From positions 151,280,001-151,344,000 of the forward strand of contig NW_027362772.1 in the NCBI RefSeq assembly GCF_046119375.1: a stretch of 64,000 nt of DNA, written 5' to 3'. The stretch comes from Phyllobates terribilis (taxonomy: Eukaryota). The position numbers and the translations under genes are program-made. Shown one piece after another: positions 1 to 12,223 of this stretch (positions are counted from its first letter, which is position 1; the number at the start of each line of letters is the position of its first letter). The notes below the pieces were generated by a model. It worked only from the letters and a program-made list of their open reading frames with translations, was not told the DNA's origin and made no database searches.

Positions 1-1526
1 ATTAATACATGTGGAATTATATACTTAACAAAAAAGTGTGAAACAACTGAAAATATGTCTTATATTCTAGGTTCTTCAAAGTAGCCACCTTTTGCTTTGA
101 TGACTGCTTTGCACACTCTTGGCATTCTCTTGATGAGCTTCAAGAGGTAGTCACCGGAAATGGTCTTCCAACAATCTTGAAGGAGTTCCCAGAGATGCTT
201 AGCACTTGTTGGCCCTTTTGCCTTCACTCTGCGGTCCAGCTCACCCCAAACCATCTCGATTGGGTTCAGGTCTGGTGACTGTGGAGGCCAGGTCATCTGG
301 CGTAGCACCCCATCACTCTCCTTCTTGGTCAAATAGCCCTTACACAGCCTGGAGGTGTGTTTGGGGTCATTGTCCTGTTGAAAAATAAATGATGATCCAA
401 CTAAACGCAAACCGGATGGAATAGCATGCCACCGCAAGATGCTGTGGTAGCCATGCTGGTTCAGTATGCCTTCAATTTTGAATAAATCCCCAACAGTGTC
501 ACCAGCAAAGCACCCCCACACCATCACACCTCCTCCTCCATGCTTCACGGTGGGAACCAGGCATGTAGAGTCCATCCGTTCACCTTTTCTGCGTCGCACA
601 AAGACACGGTGGTTGGAACCAAAGATCTCAAATTTGGACTCATCAGACCAAAGCACAGATTTCCACTGGTCTAATGTCCATTCCTTGTGTTCTTCAGCCC
701 AAACAAGTCTCTTCTGCTTGTTCCCTGTCCTTAGCAGTGGTTTCCTAGCAGCTATTTTACCATGAAGGCCTGCTGCACAAAGTCTCCTCTTAACAGTTGT
801 TGTAGAGATGTGTCAGCTGCTAGAACTCTGTGTGGCATTGACCTGGTCTCTAATCTGAGCTGCTGTTAACCTGCGATTTCTGAGGCTGGTGACTCGGATA
901 AACTTATCCTCAGAAGCAGAGGTGACTCTTGGTCTTCCTTTCCTGGGGCGGTCCTCATGTGAGCCAGTTTCTTTGTAGCGCTTGATGGTTTTTGCAACTG
1001 CACTTGGGGACACATTCAAAGTTTGCCCAATTTTTCGGACTGACTGACCTTCATTTCTTAAAGTAATGATGGCCACTCGTTTTTCTTTACTTAGCTGCTT
1101 TTTTCTTGCCATAATACAAATTCTAACAGTCTATTCAGTAGGACTATCAGCTGTGTATCCACCTGACTTCTGCGCAACACAACTGATGGTCCCAACCCCA
1201 TTTATAAGGCAAGAAATCCCACTTATTAAACCTGACAGGGCACACCTGTGAAGTGAAAACCATTTCCGGTGACTACCTCTTGAAGCTCATCAAGAGAATG
1301 CCAAGAGTGTGCAAAGCAGTCATCAAAGCAAAAGGTGGCTACTTTGACGAACCTAGAATATAAGACATATTTTCAGTTGTTTCACACTTTTTTGTTAAGT
1401 ATATAATTCCACATGTGTTAATTCATAGTTTTGATGCCTTCAGTGTGAATGTACAATTTTCAAAGTCATGAAAATACAGAAAAAAAATCTTTAAATGAGG
1501 TGTGTCCAAACTTTTGGTCTGTACGG
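1..1526 (-). mobile_element. Tc1/mariner transposon, family A, disrupted transposase; truncated by window start; lies in a TFPT intron
   Basis: ORFs 813-1112 (MARKKQLSKEKRVAIITLRNEG, paired-like HTH) and 60-656 (WSDESK, QQDNDPKH, SPDLNPIE). Long TIR: 1-170 is the reverse complement of about 1260-1430. Element ends at 1526 followed by TA. Confidence 0.93.
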
Positions 1527-2032
1527 TATATCATCATTGTAGGTTTCCTCAGAGTCAATTGATGATAATTAATTACTAAAACCCATACAAGTATCAATTT
1601 TTATTGCACCCATTTCTGTTGGTAAGGTGCTAGTGTCAAAAATATTCTAAAACATGATTAAGGGTACCGTGGATCCCAACATTATTATAGCAGTCTAATG
1701 CCCAAAATCTTAAGTTCAAGTGCCAAGCATTTATGCGCTGTAGAGATCTACTATACATCATGTCCTGTCAGCACCATTGCCTGAAGGAAACTATGTGAAA
1801 AAAGCAAAATGTAATTGCCTACAAAATATATTATGTTATCAGGGATAATGTCACTCGGTATAATAGTAGTTCTAGAGAGGGTACTCACATAGTTCAATTT
1901 GGCAGTCTGCAGGTGACATCAGCCCTATTGAGCCACTTAAAAAAAACAACTAAATTATATATTAGTAAATGATGAGTCGGGACTTATTGAAATGAAAGCA
2001 AGATGGCAGCAACAACATCGTCGTGTACGAAC

Positions 2033-2272
2033 CTGCTCAATTTCTTTGCAGCGGCGATTCAAGGCAAGGAACTTTCTCCTACTGAGCTCCCTCATGCGCT
2101 GCTGCGCCTCCTCTTCCTCCTCATCTTGTATGTTTTCGCCGCTCAGGCCTCCATCAACAAACTCAACCTCTGTCTCCAATTCACTTTCTAAAATATTACC
2201 TCCAAACAGAGGTGGAAGAGCGAGCTCCGATCCAGGGGGCACAGAAAACTCCTCGAAGTTTACAGCGGCCAT
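2033..2272 (-). CDS. TFPT: TCF3 fusion partner / INO80 subunit F, first coding exon (remaining exons lie left of the window)
   Basis: [39 protein letters not shown]...RRCKEIEQ matches recalled human TFPT ([39 protein letters not shown]). GT donor at 2032-2031; acceptor AG at 2284-2283 after a poly-T tract; head-to-head with PRPF31 as in human. Confidence 0.92.
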
Positions 2273-2475
2273 GATGGAAATTCTAATACACACAAAAAAA
2301 AAGCAAGGCGTTTTAGATTTATACGGCATGAAGTCCAACACAACCTTCATCTTCCTGGAGGTTTCACTAGGTCAAAGCTATTATTGGAATTATTCCCTCT
2401 ATGAGGTGGAGATAGTAAGTGCAGGAGTGGACACACCTGCACCTTAAGAATTAAAAGGAAGTTCATAGACTTTAA

Positions 2476-3695
2476 CCCCTTCGACCCTGGGTTTTTCCAT
2501 TTTTTTGTGTTTTCGTTTTTTGCTCCCCTTCTTCCCAGAGCCATGACTTTTTTATTTTTCAGTCAATATGGAAGTGCGAGGGCTTGTTTTCAGCGGGACG
2601 AGTTGTACGTTTGAACGACTCCATTGGTTTTACCATACTGTGTACTGGAAAACGGGAAAAAAATTCAAAGTGCGGTGAAATTGTAAAAAAGTGCAACTCC
2701 ACAATTGTTTTTTGTTTGTTTTTTTTACCACGTTCACTGAATGCGAAAACTGACCGGCCATTATTATTCTCCAGGTCATTATGAGTTCGTAGACACCAAA
2801 CATGTATAGGATCTTTTTTATTTAAGTGGTGAAAAAAAATCCAAAGTTTGTTTAAAAAAAAAAAAAAAAAAAGTCACAATTTTCTGAGACCCATGGCGTC
2901 TCCACTTTTCATGAGCTGGGGCCGGGTGAGGGCTTATTTTTTGCGTGCTGAACTGATGTTTTTATTGATACCATTTTGGGGTAGATCCGATGTTTTTATC
3001 GCCCGTTATTGCATTTTATTGCAATGTTGCGACGGCCAAAAAACAATTCTGGCGTTTTGATTCTTTTTCTCATTACGCCGTTTACCGATTGGATTAATTC
3101 TTTCTATATATTGATAGATCGGGCGTTTCTGAACTCGGTGATACCAAATATGTGTATATTTGATTTTTTTTTATTATTATTTTATTTTGAATGGGGCGAA
3201 ATGGGGGTGGTTTTAACTTTTAGATATTTTTTAATATTTTTAAAACATTTTTTTAATTTTTTTATTTACTTTTCATTGGCTTCAATAGTCTCCATGGGAA
3301 ACTAGAAGCTGCGATGATCAGGTCGCCTGGGTGTAGCAGAAATGCTCACTGGCTATGAGCGCTGACCGCTGGGTGGCACTCATAGCATCCCGGCAATGAC
3401 AACCACAGGGGTCTCCTGCACTCATCGGTGACCCATGGTCATGTGACATGGGCGGGACTTATGACGTCCTTCCGCCGCGGCCATGTTAAATGCTGCTATC
3501 AGAGTATGACAACGACGTTTAACATGTTAACAGCAGCGGGTGCATCACGATTCCACCCCCGGCTGTTAGGGGCACATGACAGCTGATCAGATCAGCTGTC
3601 ACATCCTCGGAAAGGAGCGGGCTCAGCTCCAGAGCTCGCATTTAGTGCAGTGTTAACACCTTGGACGTACTCATAAGTCCAAGTTTAGAAAGGGG
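2476..3695. mobile_element. piggyBac-like non-autonomous element in TFPT intron 1
   Basis: TTAA|CCCCTT at 2472-2481 and AAGGGG|TTAA at 3690-3699; no transposase ORF. Confidence 0.75.
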
Positions 3696-4424
3696 TTAAA
3701 GGGAATCTGTCAGCGGGATCTCACACCCCAAACGATTTATATGTGCATATAGCCCTTTAAAGACAAGTCCACCAATACTTTTACATGGCCAGTCCGCTCC
3801 TCTGTTACTGAGAAATCAGCATTTGAATTGATATGCAAATGAGGCTGAAGAGCTATAGTAGATCTGAAGCCTCAGTCATTCCAGCTCTATTTCCTCCTCT
3901 TGACTGACAGCCTCGAAACTGTGTGACTTCAGGCAAATCAAGGAATAGCACAAATATGTGCTCATTGTATGGTGACATGTCTTTTGGCCCGATGTGGCGC
4001 CATTATATCATCAGCAATAGGATATGTCCATGTAGGATGGCAGAATCCACCACTAATCTGCCTGTGGATCTTACTGCAGATTTCCGGTAATTACAGTGGA
4101 TTTGACCCCTCTCCCCCATATAGCCGGTAGCAGAACTCACTGCAGGTTTTACCTGTACAGATCCATGCGGAGAATCGTTATCATATACATCCTGTACGGA
4201 TCTACCCTTACTCTCCAAGAGCTACAATCCAAAAATACATATTTATGGGCTCACACATGCTGCACCAGTGTCAGATCTGCCTGCTTTTACACCGGAGAGG
4301 GCACTACTGCACAACCTGACACAAGTCCCTGCGATATACACGAGCAGCCTCATAGGTAGAATCCACCTCCACACATTACCCTGACATCACAGGACAAGAC
4401 CATGTCCTCCTCCTCCGCACCTAC

Positions 4425-4520
4425 CTGTTCACATTGTCTGTCCTTCTTCCCAAGCGCAGCGTGATATAAACACTACGACTGGTGTATACAAATAAAGTTA
4501 CACTATACAAAAAGGAGAAA
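4425..4520 (-). other. TFPT: Putative non-coding exon 1 of TFPT (5' boundary approximate)
   Basis: Strong minus-strand donor CAG|GTAGGT ending the exon at 4425, next to the CpG-rich promoter. Confidence 0.55.
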
Positions 4521-4529
4521 AAAAACATC

Positions 4530-4670
4530 AGCTGATCGACCAATGAAAGCATGCTTAGCGTTCGCGCGAGTACGCATGCGCATTTGCGGACCAATCGGAA
4601 AAACAGATAGCATTCCGGAAGCTGTCGCTGCAGTGACGTTGAATTTTCGCGCCACAACTTCCGGTTATAG
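4530..4670. promoter_or_regulatory. Bidirectional TFPT/PRPF31 promoter
   Basis: CpG-rich. NRF1-like ACGCATGCGCA 4572-4582, CCAAT 4540-4544 and 4591-4595, ETS/GABP-like TTCCGGAAG 4613-4621 and ACTTCCGG 4657-4664. Lies between oppositely oriented splice donors at 4425 and 4724. Confidence 0.75.
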
Positions 4671-4724
4671 TTGAAGAGAAGTGCAACAGCTTTCTGCCAC
4701 CTTTTTTCAGGCTTCTTGCACTTG
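4665..4724 (+). other. PRPF31: Putative non-coding exon 1 of PRPF31 (5' boundary approximate)
   Basis: Donor TTG|GTAAAT at 4724/4725. The first coding exon has an acceptor 9 nt before its ATG, so an upstream exon is required; human exon 1 is non-coding. Confidence 0.55.
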
Positions 4725-4810
4725 GTAAATGCTGCGCTGATGTCTGCGGGTGGGATGTGTGCCCGGAGTGTTAGCATGGGAGAATGTGGGGCGTACTTGG
4801 CTGGTGGTGT

Positions 4811-5648
4811 GCGGTGCCGCGCTGGTTATAGGACGCGTGCGGTGGTGCGGTGCCGCGCTGGTTATAGGACGTGTGCGGTGGTGCGGTGCCGCGCTGGTTA
4901 TAGGACGTGTGCGGTGGTGCGGTGCCGCGCTGGTTATAGGACGTGTGCGGTGGTGCGGTGCCGCGCTGGTTATAGGACGTGTGCGGTGGTGCGGTGCCGC
5001 GCTGGTTATAGGACGTGTGCGGTGGTGCGGTGCCGCGCTGGTTATAGGACGTGTGCGGTGGTGCGGTGCCGCGCTGGTTATAGGACGTGTGCGGTGGTGC
5101 GGTGCCGCGCTGGTTATAGGACGTGTGCGGTGGTGCGGTGCCGCGCTGGTTATAGGACGTGTGCGGTGCCGCGCTGGTTATAGGACGTGTGTGGTGGTGC
5201 GGTGCCGCGCTGGTTATGGGACGTGTGCGGTGCCGCGCTGGTTATGGGACGTGTGCGGTGCCGCGCTGGTTATGGGACGTGTGCGGTGCCGCGCTGGTTA
5301 TGGGACGTGTGCGGTGCCGCGCTGGTTATGGGGCGCGTGCGGTGCCGCGCTGGTTATGGGGCGCGTGCGGTGCCGCGCTGGTTATAGGACGCGTGCGGTG
5401 CCGCGCTGGTTATAGGACGCGTGCGGTGCCGCGCTGGTTGTAGGACGCGTGCGGTGCCGCGCTGGTTGTAGGACGCGTGCGGTGCCGCGCTGGTTGTAGG
5501 ACGCGTGCGGTGCCGCGCTGGTTGTAGGACGCGTGCGGTGCCGCGCTGGTTGTAGGACGCGTGCGGTGCCGCGCTGGTTATAGGACGCGTGCGGTGTGCG
5601 GTGCCGCGCTGGTTATAGGAAGGGTGCGGTGCCGCTCTGGTTATAGGG
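4811..5648 (+). repeat. GC/CpG-rich minisatellite, about 27 units of 36 bp or 28 bp, in PRPF31 intron 1
   Basis: Core GCGGTGCCGCGCTGGTTATAGGACGTGT (28 bp), with or without GCGGTGGT (36 bp); unit starts at 4811, 4847, 4883 ... 5099, 5135, 5163, 5199, then 28-bp period to 5590. Confidence 0.97.
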
Positions 5649-5793
5649 TTTCTATGTAACATAAAGCTGTATTATCTGGTGACTGATGTATTACTACATT
5701 TATGTCAATGAGGATATAGCGTTTTCTGTGAGTGAATTGCTGCTATAAAGCACAATCCTGCTATGAATTTGCCTTTTCCCGCAGGGATAAGAC

Positions 5794-5967
5794 ATGTCTC
5801 TGGCAGACGAGTTGCTGGCTGACCTGGAGGAGGCCGCAGAGGAAGAAGAGGACAACTTAATAGACGAGGATGACTTGGAGACCATTGAGGAAGTGCAGGA
5901 GGAGATGCAGGTGGATGTTAACGCTGAGTCAGTGAAAAGTATAGCAAAGTTATGGGACAGCAGACAG
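5794..5967 (+). CDS. PRPF31: PRPF31 (U4/U6.U5 tri-snRNP protein Prp31) exon 2, first coding exon
   Basis: MSLADELLADLEEAAEEEE...KSIAKLWDSRQ; acceptor AG 5783-5784, donor GTGAGT 5968. Joined CDS of 13 exons is 1497 nt, 498 aa. Confidence 0.98.
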
Positions 5968-6907
5968 GTGAGTGTCAGAAAACCCGAAAAACTCTTGTCA
6001 CATCTCCCAGCACTCCACGTCCTAATTTTTCTCCATTTTTGCTCTTGGTCACCATCACAAACAATATTCAGACACTAAGTAGTCTCAGAACAATCGTCGG
6101 CGATTCTCTCGCTGGTGTTGGTCAGGAGGCTAGTGGGAACAGACGCTCCTGATTAATAGGCACACGCAATGGATCAGGCAAGGCGCGTTGTGGTCTGCAC
6201 CTCTATGTGCTTGTGCTGGAATTAGATTTGTGGAGTAGCCAAAGATGACGCTCATCATGAATTTGACCAGCGGGGGTCGCCACGCTCCATCCTGCACAAG
6301 CTCTGCTCACTTTGTCAGATCTGGGGCATGAAAAATAGATGTCACCATGATTTACAGACTGCCTCGTCCCTCCAGTGGACATAACTGGGAAGTGGTAGAT
6401 GAGATGCTGCTCTACGTTATGTTAAAGCACCACTCCAGCGTGTTTTTGTTGTTTTTATCACTGGAGTGGTGCTTCTGGTCTAAGGACCATGCCTTAGTCT
6501 TATATTTACCTGCTGACATCTCGCCTATTTTCGCCTCTTTGGTCCGTCTCCTGCAGTTTGTGACTTGCCGGATCGCTCCAGTGTTTGCTGGGCGAGCCAC
6601 GGGCCACTTTTCAAGTAAGTCTGAGAGCCTTCTTCTGGCTCTCATATTCTTACATTGACCCTTTGTTATCGTTACCTCTGACTTTTGGTTGGTCAGAAGT
6701 TGTGGTCACAATATCCACACCACGAGGCTGGAGCTGCACCGATAAAAGGTGAAAATGGCAGCTGGTAAGTATAAGACTAAGGTCGGGGATCTTAGACCGT
6801 TCCTCTGTTCAACTGTGCAGAAAACCTATTTATTGAGCACCAACTTCTACATCCGTTCACTGCATAACAAAAAAAAAGAGTAATTTTATTAATATATATT
6901 TTTTTAG

Positions 6908-6968
6908 TTTTCAGACATTCTTGACAAGATCGATGAGTATGTCAAAAAACAACCAAAAGCATCTGAAG
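6908..6968 (+). CDS. PRPF31: PRPF31 exon 3
   Basis: FSDILDKIDEYVKKQPKASE, 61 nt, AG/GT flanks, phase consistent. Confidence 0.93.
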
Positions 6969-7560
6969 GTATAGTTCAGCATCATCATAAGTGGCTACCA
7001 TTCCAAAGCTCTTGTAAAAGCGAGCAAGTTTGCAACTTGCTTATTAAAGATGCTCTTCATTCTCAAGGACAGAGGAATTATTTTGGTTACTGGCCACTGC
7101 TGCAATGTCATTGGTGGCCGGTCTCCTAGACATGGTGTGCTGTACTTTCAAACTCTGTTCTATAGAGCCTGTAATCGCTCCTCTGAAGCTGGCCTGATTA
7201 CTGTAGTCTGCCACCTTCAGTGACTGCACTTTTCTGAAGCTGCAGAGGTAAAGCTGCTTCTCCTTGCAGCATCTTGGCGCACACAGTTCGTGCATGCAGT
7301 GCGATGATATTGGCTCAAACTGTCATCAAGCAGGAGGCCGGGGAGCGGCCGTGATCCTGCAGAAGAAACCGACAAAACTCGTTTATTCTTAGCCTGTGTT
7401 GTATTAGGAGGGGGATATAAGATTATACAGAAGTTTATTCCTCTCCAGATGTGATGGCATATTAAGACTTGCTGTCGCTTCCTGTTCAGATTGAGTTACA
7501 TTCTGATATAACGATTGTTTTATATCTTTGCATTATTGTGATTTATTTTCTGACTCGTAG

Positions 7561-7644
7561 TTATGGGACCTGTGGAAGCAGCACCTGAGTATAAAGTGAT
7601 TGTCGATGCAAACAATTTGACTGTGGAAATAGAAAATGAATTAA
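7561..7644 (+). CDS. PRPF31: PRPF31 exon 4
   Basis: (V)MGPVEAAPEYKVIVDANNLTVEIENEL, 84 nt, AG/GTAAGT. Confidence 0.97.
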
Positions 7645-7766
7645 GTAAGTTTGTCAAGGTGGACTATAAAATGGATTTAAGAGATGAAGCCACAAATTTA
7701 AATATTTTGCTCATAAATTAACAGTACTAGTGAAGATTAAAAAAGAAAAAAACTTGGTAATATATA

Positions 7767-9255
7767 CACTGCTCAAAAAAATAAAGGGAACATTTAACAA
7801 CAGAATATAACTCCAAGTAAATCAAACTTCTGTGAAACCAAACTGTTCACGTAGGAAGCCACACTGATTGACAATCAATTTCACATGCTGTTGTGCAAAT
7901 GGAATAGACAATAGATGGAAATTATTGGCAATTATCAAGACACCCTCAATAAAGGAGTGGTTCTGCAGGTGGGGACCACAGACCACATCTCACATCTGGC
8001 TGATGTTTTGGTCACTTTTGAATGTTGGTTGTTCTTTCACACTCGTGGTAACATGAGATGGACTCTACAACCCACAGAAGTTGCTAAGGTAGTGCAGCTC
8101 ATCCAGGATGGCACATCAGTGCGAGCTGTGGCAAGAAGGTTTGCTGTGTCTGTCAGCGTAGTGTCCAGAGGCTGGAGGCGCTACCAGGATACAGGCCAGT
8201 ACACCAGGAGATGTGGAAGGGGCTGTAGGAGGGCAACAACCCAGCAGCAGGACCGCTACCTCCGCCTTTGTGCAAGGAAGAACAGGAGGAGCACTGCCAG
8301 AGCCCTGCAAAATGACCACCAGCTGGCCACAAATGTGCATGTGTCTGCACAAACGGTTAGAAACCGACTCCATTAGGGTGGTATGAGGGCCCGACGTCCA
8401 CAGATGGGGGTTGTGCTCACAGTCCAACACCGTGCAGGACGCTTGGCATTTGCCACAGAACACCAGGATTGGCAAAGTTGCCACTGGCGCCCTGTTCTCT
8501 TCACAGATGAAAGCAGGTTCACACTGAGCACATGTGACAGAGTCTGGAGACGCTATGAAGAGCGATCTGCTGCCTGCAACATCCTTCAGCATGACCGGTT
8601 TGGCAGTGGGTCAGTAATGGTGTGGGGTGGCATTTCTTTGGAGGGCCGCACAGCCCTCCATGTGCTTGCCGGAGGTAACCTGACTGCCATTAGGTACCGA
8701 GATGAGATCCTCAGACCCCTTGTGAGACCATATGCTGGTGCGGTTGGCCCTGGGTTCCTCCTAATGCAGGACAATGCCAGACCTCATGTGGCTGGAGTGT
8801 GTCAGCAGTTCCTGCAAGATGAAGGCATTGAAGCTATGGACTGGCCCGCCCGTTCCCCAGACCTGAATCCGATTGAGCACATCTGGGACATCTTGTCTCG
8901 CTCCATCCACCAACGTCACACCATCCACAACCTCATCAAGAGTATGCCCAGGCATTGTAGGGAGGTCATACAGGCACGTGGAGGCCACACACAATACTGA
9001 GCCTCATTTTGACTTGTTTTAAGGACATTACATCAAAGTTGGATCAGCCTGTAGTGTGTTTTTTCCACTTTAATTTTGGGGGTGACTCCAAATCCAGGCC
9101 TCCATTGGTTAATAAATTTGATTTCCGTTGATGATTTTTTTGTGATTTTGTTGTCAGCACATTCAACTTTGTACAGAACAAAGTATTCAATGAGAATATT
9201 TCATTCATTCAGATCTAGGATGTTAGTTGTGTTCCCTTTATTTTTTTGAGCAGTG
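7767..9255 (+). mobile_element. Tc1 transposon, family C, copy 1, disrupted transposase
   Basis: TA|CACTGCTCAAAAAAATAAAGGGAAC ... GAGCAGTG|TA. Transposase from 8053 with in-frame TAG at 8374-8376; [23 protein letters not shown] in 8383-9000. Confidence 0.93.
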
Positions 9256-9476
9256 TATTATTACAGTGATATTCTTCTTTCACCCACTTAATAGTGACTT
9301 CACTTCCTGCTGCTTTGAGCATTCATTCTCAAATTGCTCAAATACCGGTGCATCTCACTAAATTAGAATATCATCAAAAATTTAATTTATTTCTGTTCTT
9401 CAATACAAAAAGTGAAGCTCATTCTATAGAGTCATTACAAACAGAGTGATCTATTTCAAGTGTTTATTTCTGTTGA

Positions 9477-12223
9477 CCCATTTAAAACCGGGTCACCAGA
9501 CAGCAGGAAGATACTTTGGTCATGCGCAGTGCATGACCAAAGTATTTTCTGTCTCTGCAGTGCTGACAGCCTGTATAGCACAGGGATGGTGCTCCATCCC
9601 TATGCTACACAGGCGATCAGAATAAAAAAAGTGAAAGTCCCATAGTGGGAGAAAGAATGGAAGTAAAAAAAAAAGTGTTACAAAATGAAAAATATTAAAA
9701 AAAATAAATAATCCACCAAAAATAAAAATATAATGTACCCATCAATAAATATTCTGAACAAAACAATAAAAGTACACATATTTGGTATCGCCGCATCCCA
9801 CTAGTTAACCCCTTTATTGTAAAAAAAGAAGCAAAAAACAATGCTTTATCATCATACTGCCAAACAAAAAATGGAATAACACGCGATCAAAAAGACAAAC
9901 ATGAATAAAAATTGTACCGCTGAAAACGTCATGTCCTGCAAAAAAACAAGCCGCCATACAGCTGAAAAATTAAAAAGTTATAGCTCTCAGAATAAAGCGA
10001 TGCAAAAACATATTTTTTTTCTATAAAATAGCTTTAATTGTGTAAAAACGCCAAAACATAGCAGAACGATCTAAATGTGGTACCACTGTAAACCTACTGA
10101 CCCGAAGAATAAAGCTATCTTATCAATTTTACCACACGCAGAACAGAATAAAAAAATTAAAAAAAAACAATTCCGGAATTGCTGTTTTTTGTTTATTCTG
10201 CCTCCCAAAAATCGGAATAGAAAGCGATCTGAAAATGGCACCAATAAAAACGTCAACTCATCCCGCAAAAAAACAAGTCATCACATGACTGTTGGCCAAA
10301 ATATGGAAAAAATTATAGCTCTCAAAATATGGCGATGCAAAAACTAGATTTTACAAAAAACATGCGTCTTTTAGTGTGTGACAGCTGTCAATCATAAAAA
10401 CCCGATATGATTCTGGTATCTCTGTAGTTGCACTGATCCGAAGAATAAAGTCTTCTAATCACTTATACCGCACGAGGAACGGCGTAAAAAATAAACTCTA
10501 GGGTTGGGATTTTTTTCAAAAGTAAAAAAAAAAGATGATGATATGGCGACTAGTGTTGAGCGCAAGTGCTCGCTACTTGAGTTTGCATCGGGTGCTCGGG
10601 TATGCACCGAGTATCGCGGGTGCTCGAGTCTCCGCCCCATATGCGTCGCCGCCAAAAAAACTTTGCGAGGATTGCCTGCCATGCACGAGCGATCCCCGTA
10701 TGTTTTTTTTTTTTTTGGGTGTCTAATAACCGTGAAACATGCAGGTGGGGACTCGAGCACCCGCGATACATGGTGCATACCTGAGTACCCGATGCAGACT
10801 CAAGTAGCGAGCACTTGCGCTCAAGACTAATGACAACTTATTCAAAATGATGACCTAATGTTATCAAATTCTGTGTCGTACCTCTGGGTTGAAAATGTTC
10901 ACTATACCCCTTGATAAAATCCTTGAGGGGTGTAGTTTCCAAAATGGGGTCACTTGTGGGGGAGGTTTCCACAATTTAGGCACATCAGGGGCTCTCCAAA
11001 CGTCCGCTCTCGATTCCAGCCAATTTTGCGTTCAAAAAGTCACAGTGCTCCTTCCCTTCTGAACTCTGCTGTGCGCCCAAACACTATTTTCCCCACATAT
11101 GGGGTATTGGCGTACTCAGGAGAAACTGCACAAAAGGTTTTGGGGTCCATTTCCTCCTCTTACCCTTGTGAAAATAAAAAAAAATTGGGGTTAAAACATC
11201 TCTTTGTGGAAATTTTTTTTTTTTTTTTTTTTTTCACGGCTCCATGTTATAAACTTCTGTAAAGCACTTGGGGGTTCAGGGTGCTCACCACACATCTAGA
11301 TAAGTTCCCTGAGGGGTCTACTTTTCAAAATGGCATCACTTGTGGGGGGTTTCCACTGTTTAGGCACATCAGGGGCTCTCCAAACGCAACATGGTGTCCG
11401 CTAATTATTCAAGCAAATTTTACAATGAAAAAGTGAAATGGCGCTCCTTCCCTTCCGAACCCTGCCGTGCGCCCAAACAGTGTTTTTTTCCCACATATGG
11501 GGTATCTGCGTGCACAGGAGAAATTGCACAACAAATTTTGGGGTCCATTTTTTCCTGTTACCCCTGCGAAAATAAAAAAAAATTGGGTCTAAAGTAACAT
11601 TTTTGTGGAAAAAGTTAAATGTTCATTTTTTGCTTCCACATTCCAAAAAATCCTGTGACGCACCTGAAGGGTTAAGTTCTTGAATGTGGTTTTGAGCACC
11701 TTGAGGGGTGCAGTTTTTAGAATGGTGTCACTTTTAGGTATTTTCTGTCATAAAGACCCCTCAAAGTGACTTCAGATAAGATGTGGTCCCTAGAAAAATG
11801 TTTTTGTAAATTTTTGTTGGAAAAATGAGAAATCGCTGGTCAACTTTTAACCCTTATAGCTCCCCAATAAAAAAAAAAAAAATTTGGTTCCAAAATTGTG
11901 CTGATGTAAAGTAGACATGTGGGAAATGTTATTTATTAACTATTTTGTGTGACATATCTCTCTGATTTAAGGACATAAAAATTCAAAGTTTGAAAATTGC
12001 GAAATTTTCGTCAAATTTCTGTTTTTTTTCACAAATAAACACAAGTGATATCGAAGAAATTTTACCACAATCATGAAGTACAATATGTCACGAAAAAACA
12101 ATCTCAGAATCAGCTGGATCCGTTGAAGCGCTCCCGAGTAATTACCTCATAAAGTGACAGTGGTCAGAATTGTAAAAATTGGCCCGGTCATTAACGTGCA
12201 AACCACTTTAGGAGTTAAAGGGG
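9477..12223. mobile_element. piggyBac-like non-autonomous element (~2.75 kb) nested in a Tc1 TIR
   Basis: TTGA|CCCATTT (degenerate TTAA|CCCCTT) ... AAGGGG|TTAA, inserted at the TGTTAATGTT site seen intact in sister copies. Internal ~390-bp tandem duplication at about 10920-11620. Confidence 0.75.
10551..10829. mobile_element. hAT-like foldback MITE nested in the piggyBac-like element
   Basis: TAGTGTTGAGCGCAAGTGCTCGCTAC ... GTAGCGAGCACTTGCGCTCAAGACTA; degenerate 8-bp TSD ATGGCGAC / ATGACAAC. Confidence 0.75.

Noticed and set aside
4811-5648. Regular 36-bp repeats resembling a CRISPR array
   Set aside because: Units are contiguous with no unique spacers, there are no cas genes, and the context is a eukaryotic intron.
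4671-5662. Long Arg/Cys/Val-rich ORFs (170-221 aa) over the GC-rich array
   Set aside because: By-product of a stop-free tandem repeat in PRPF31 intron 1; no protein-like complexity.
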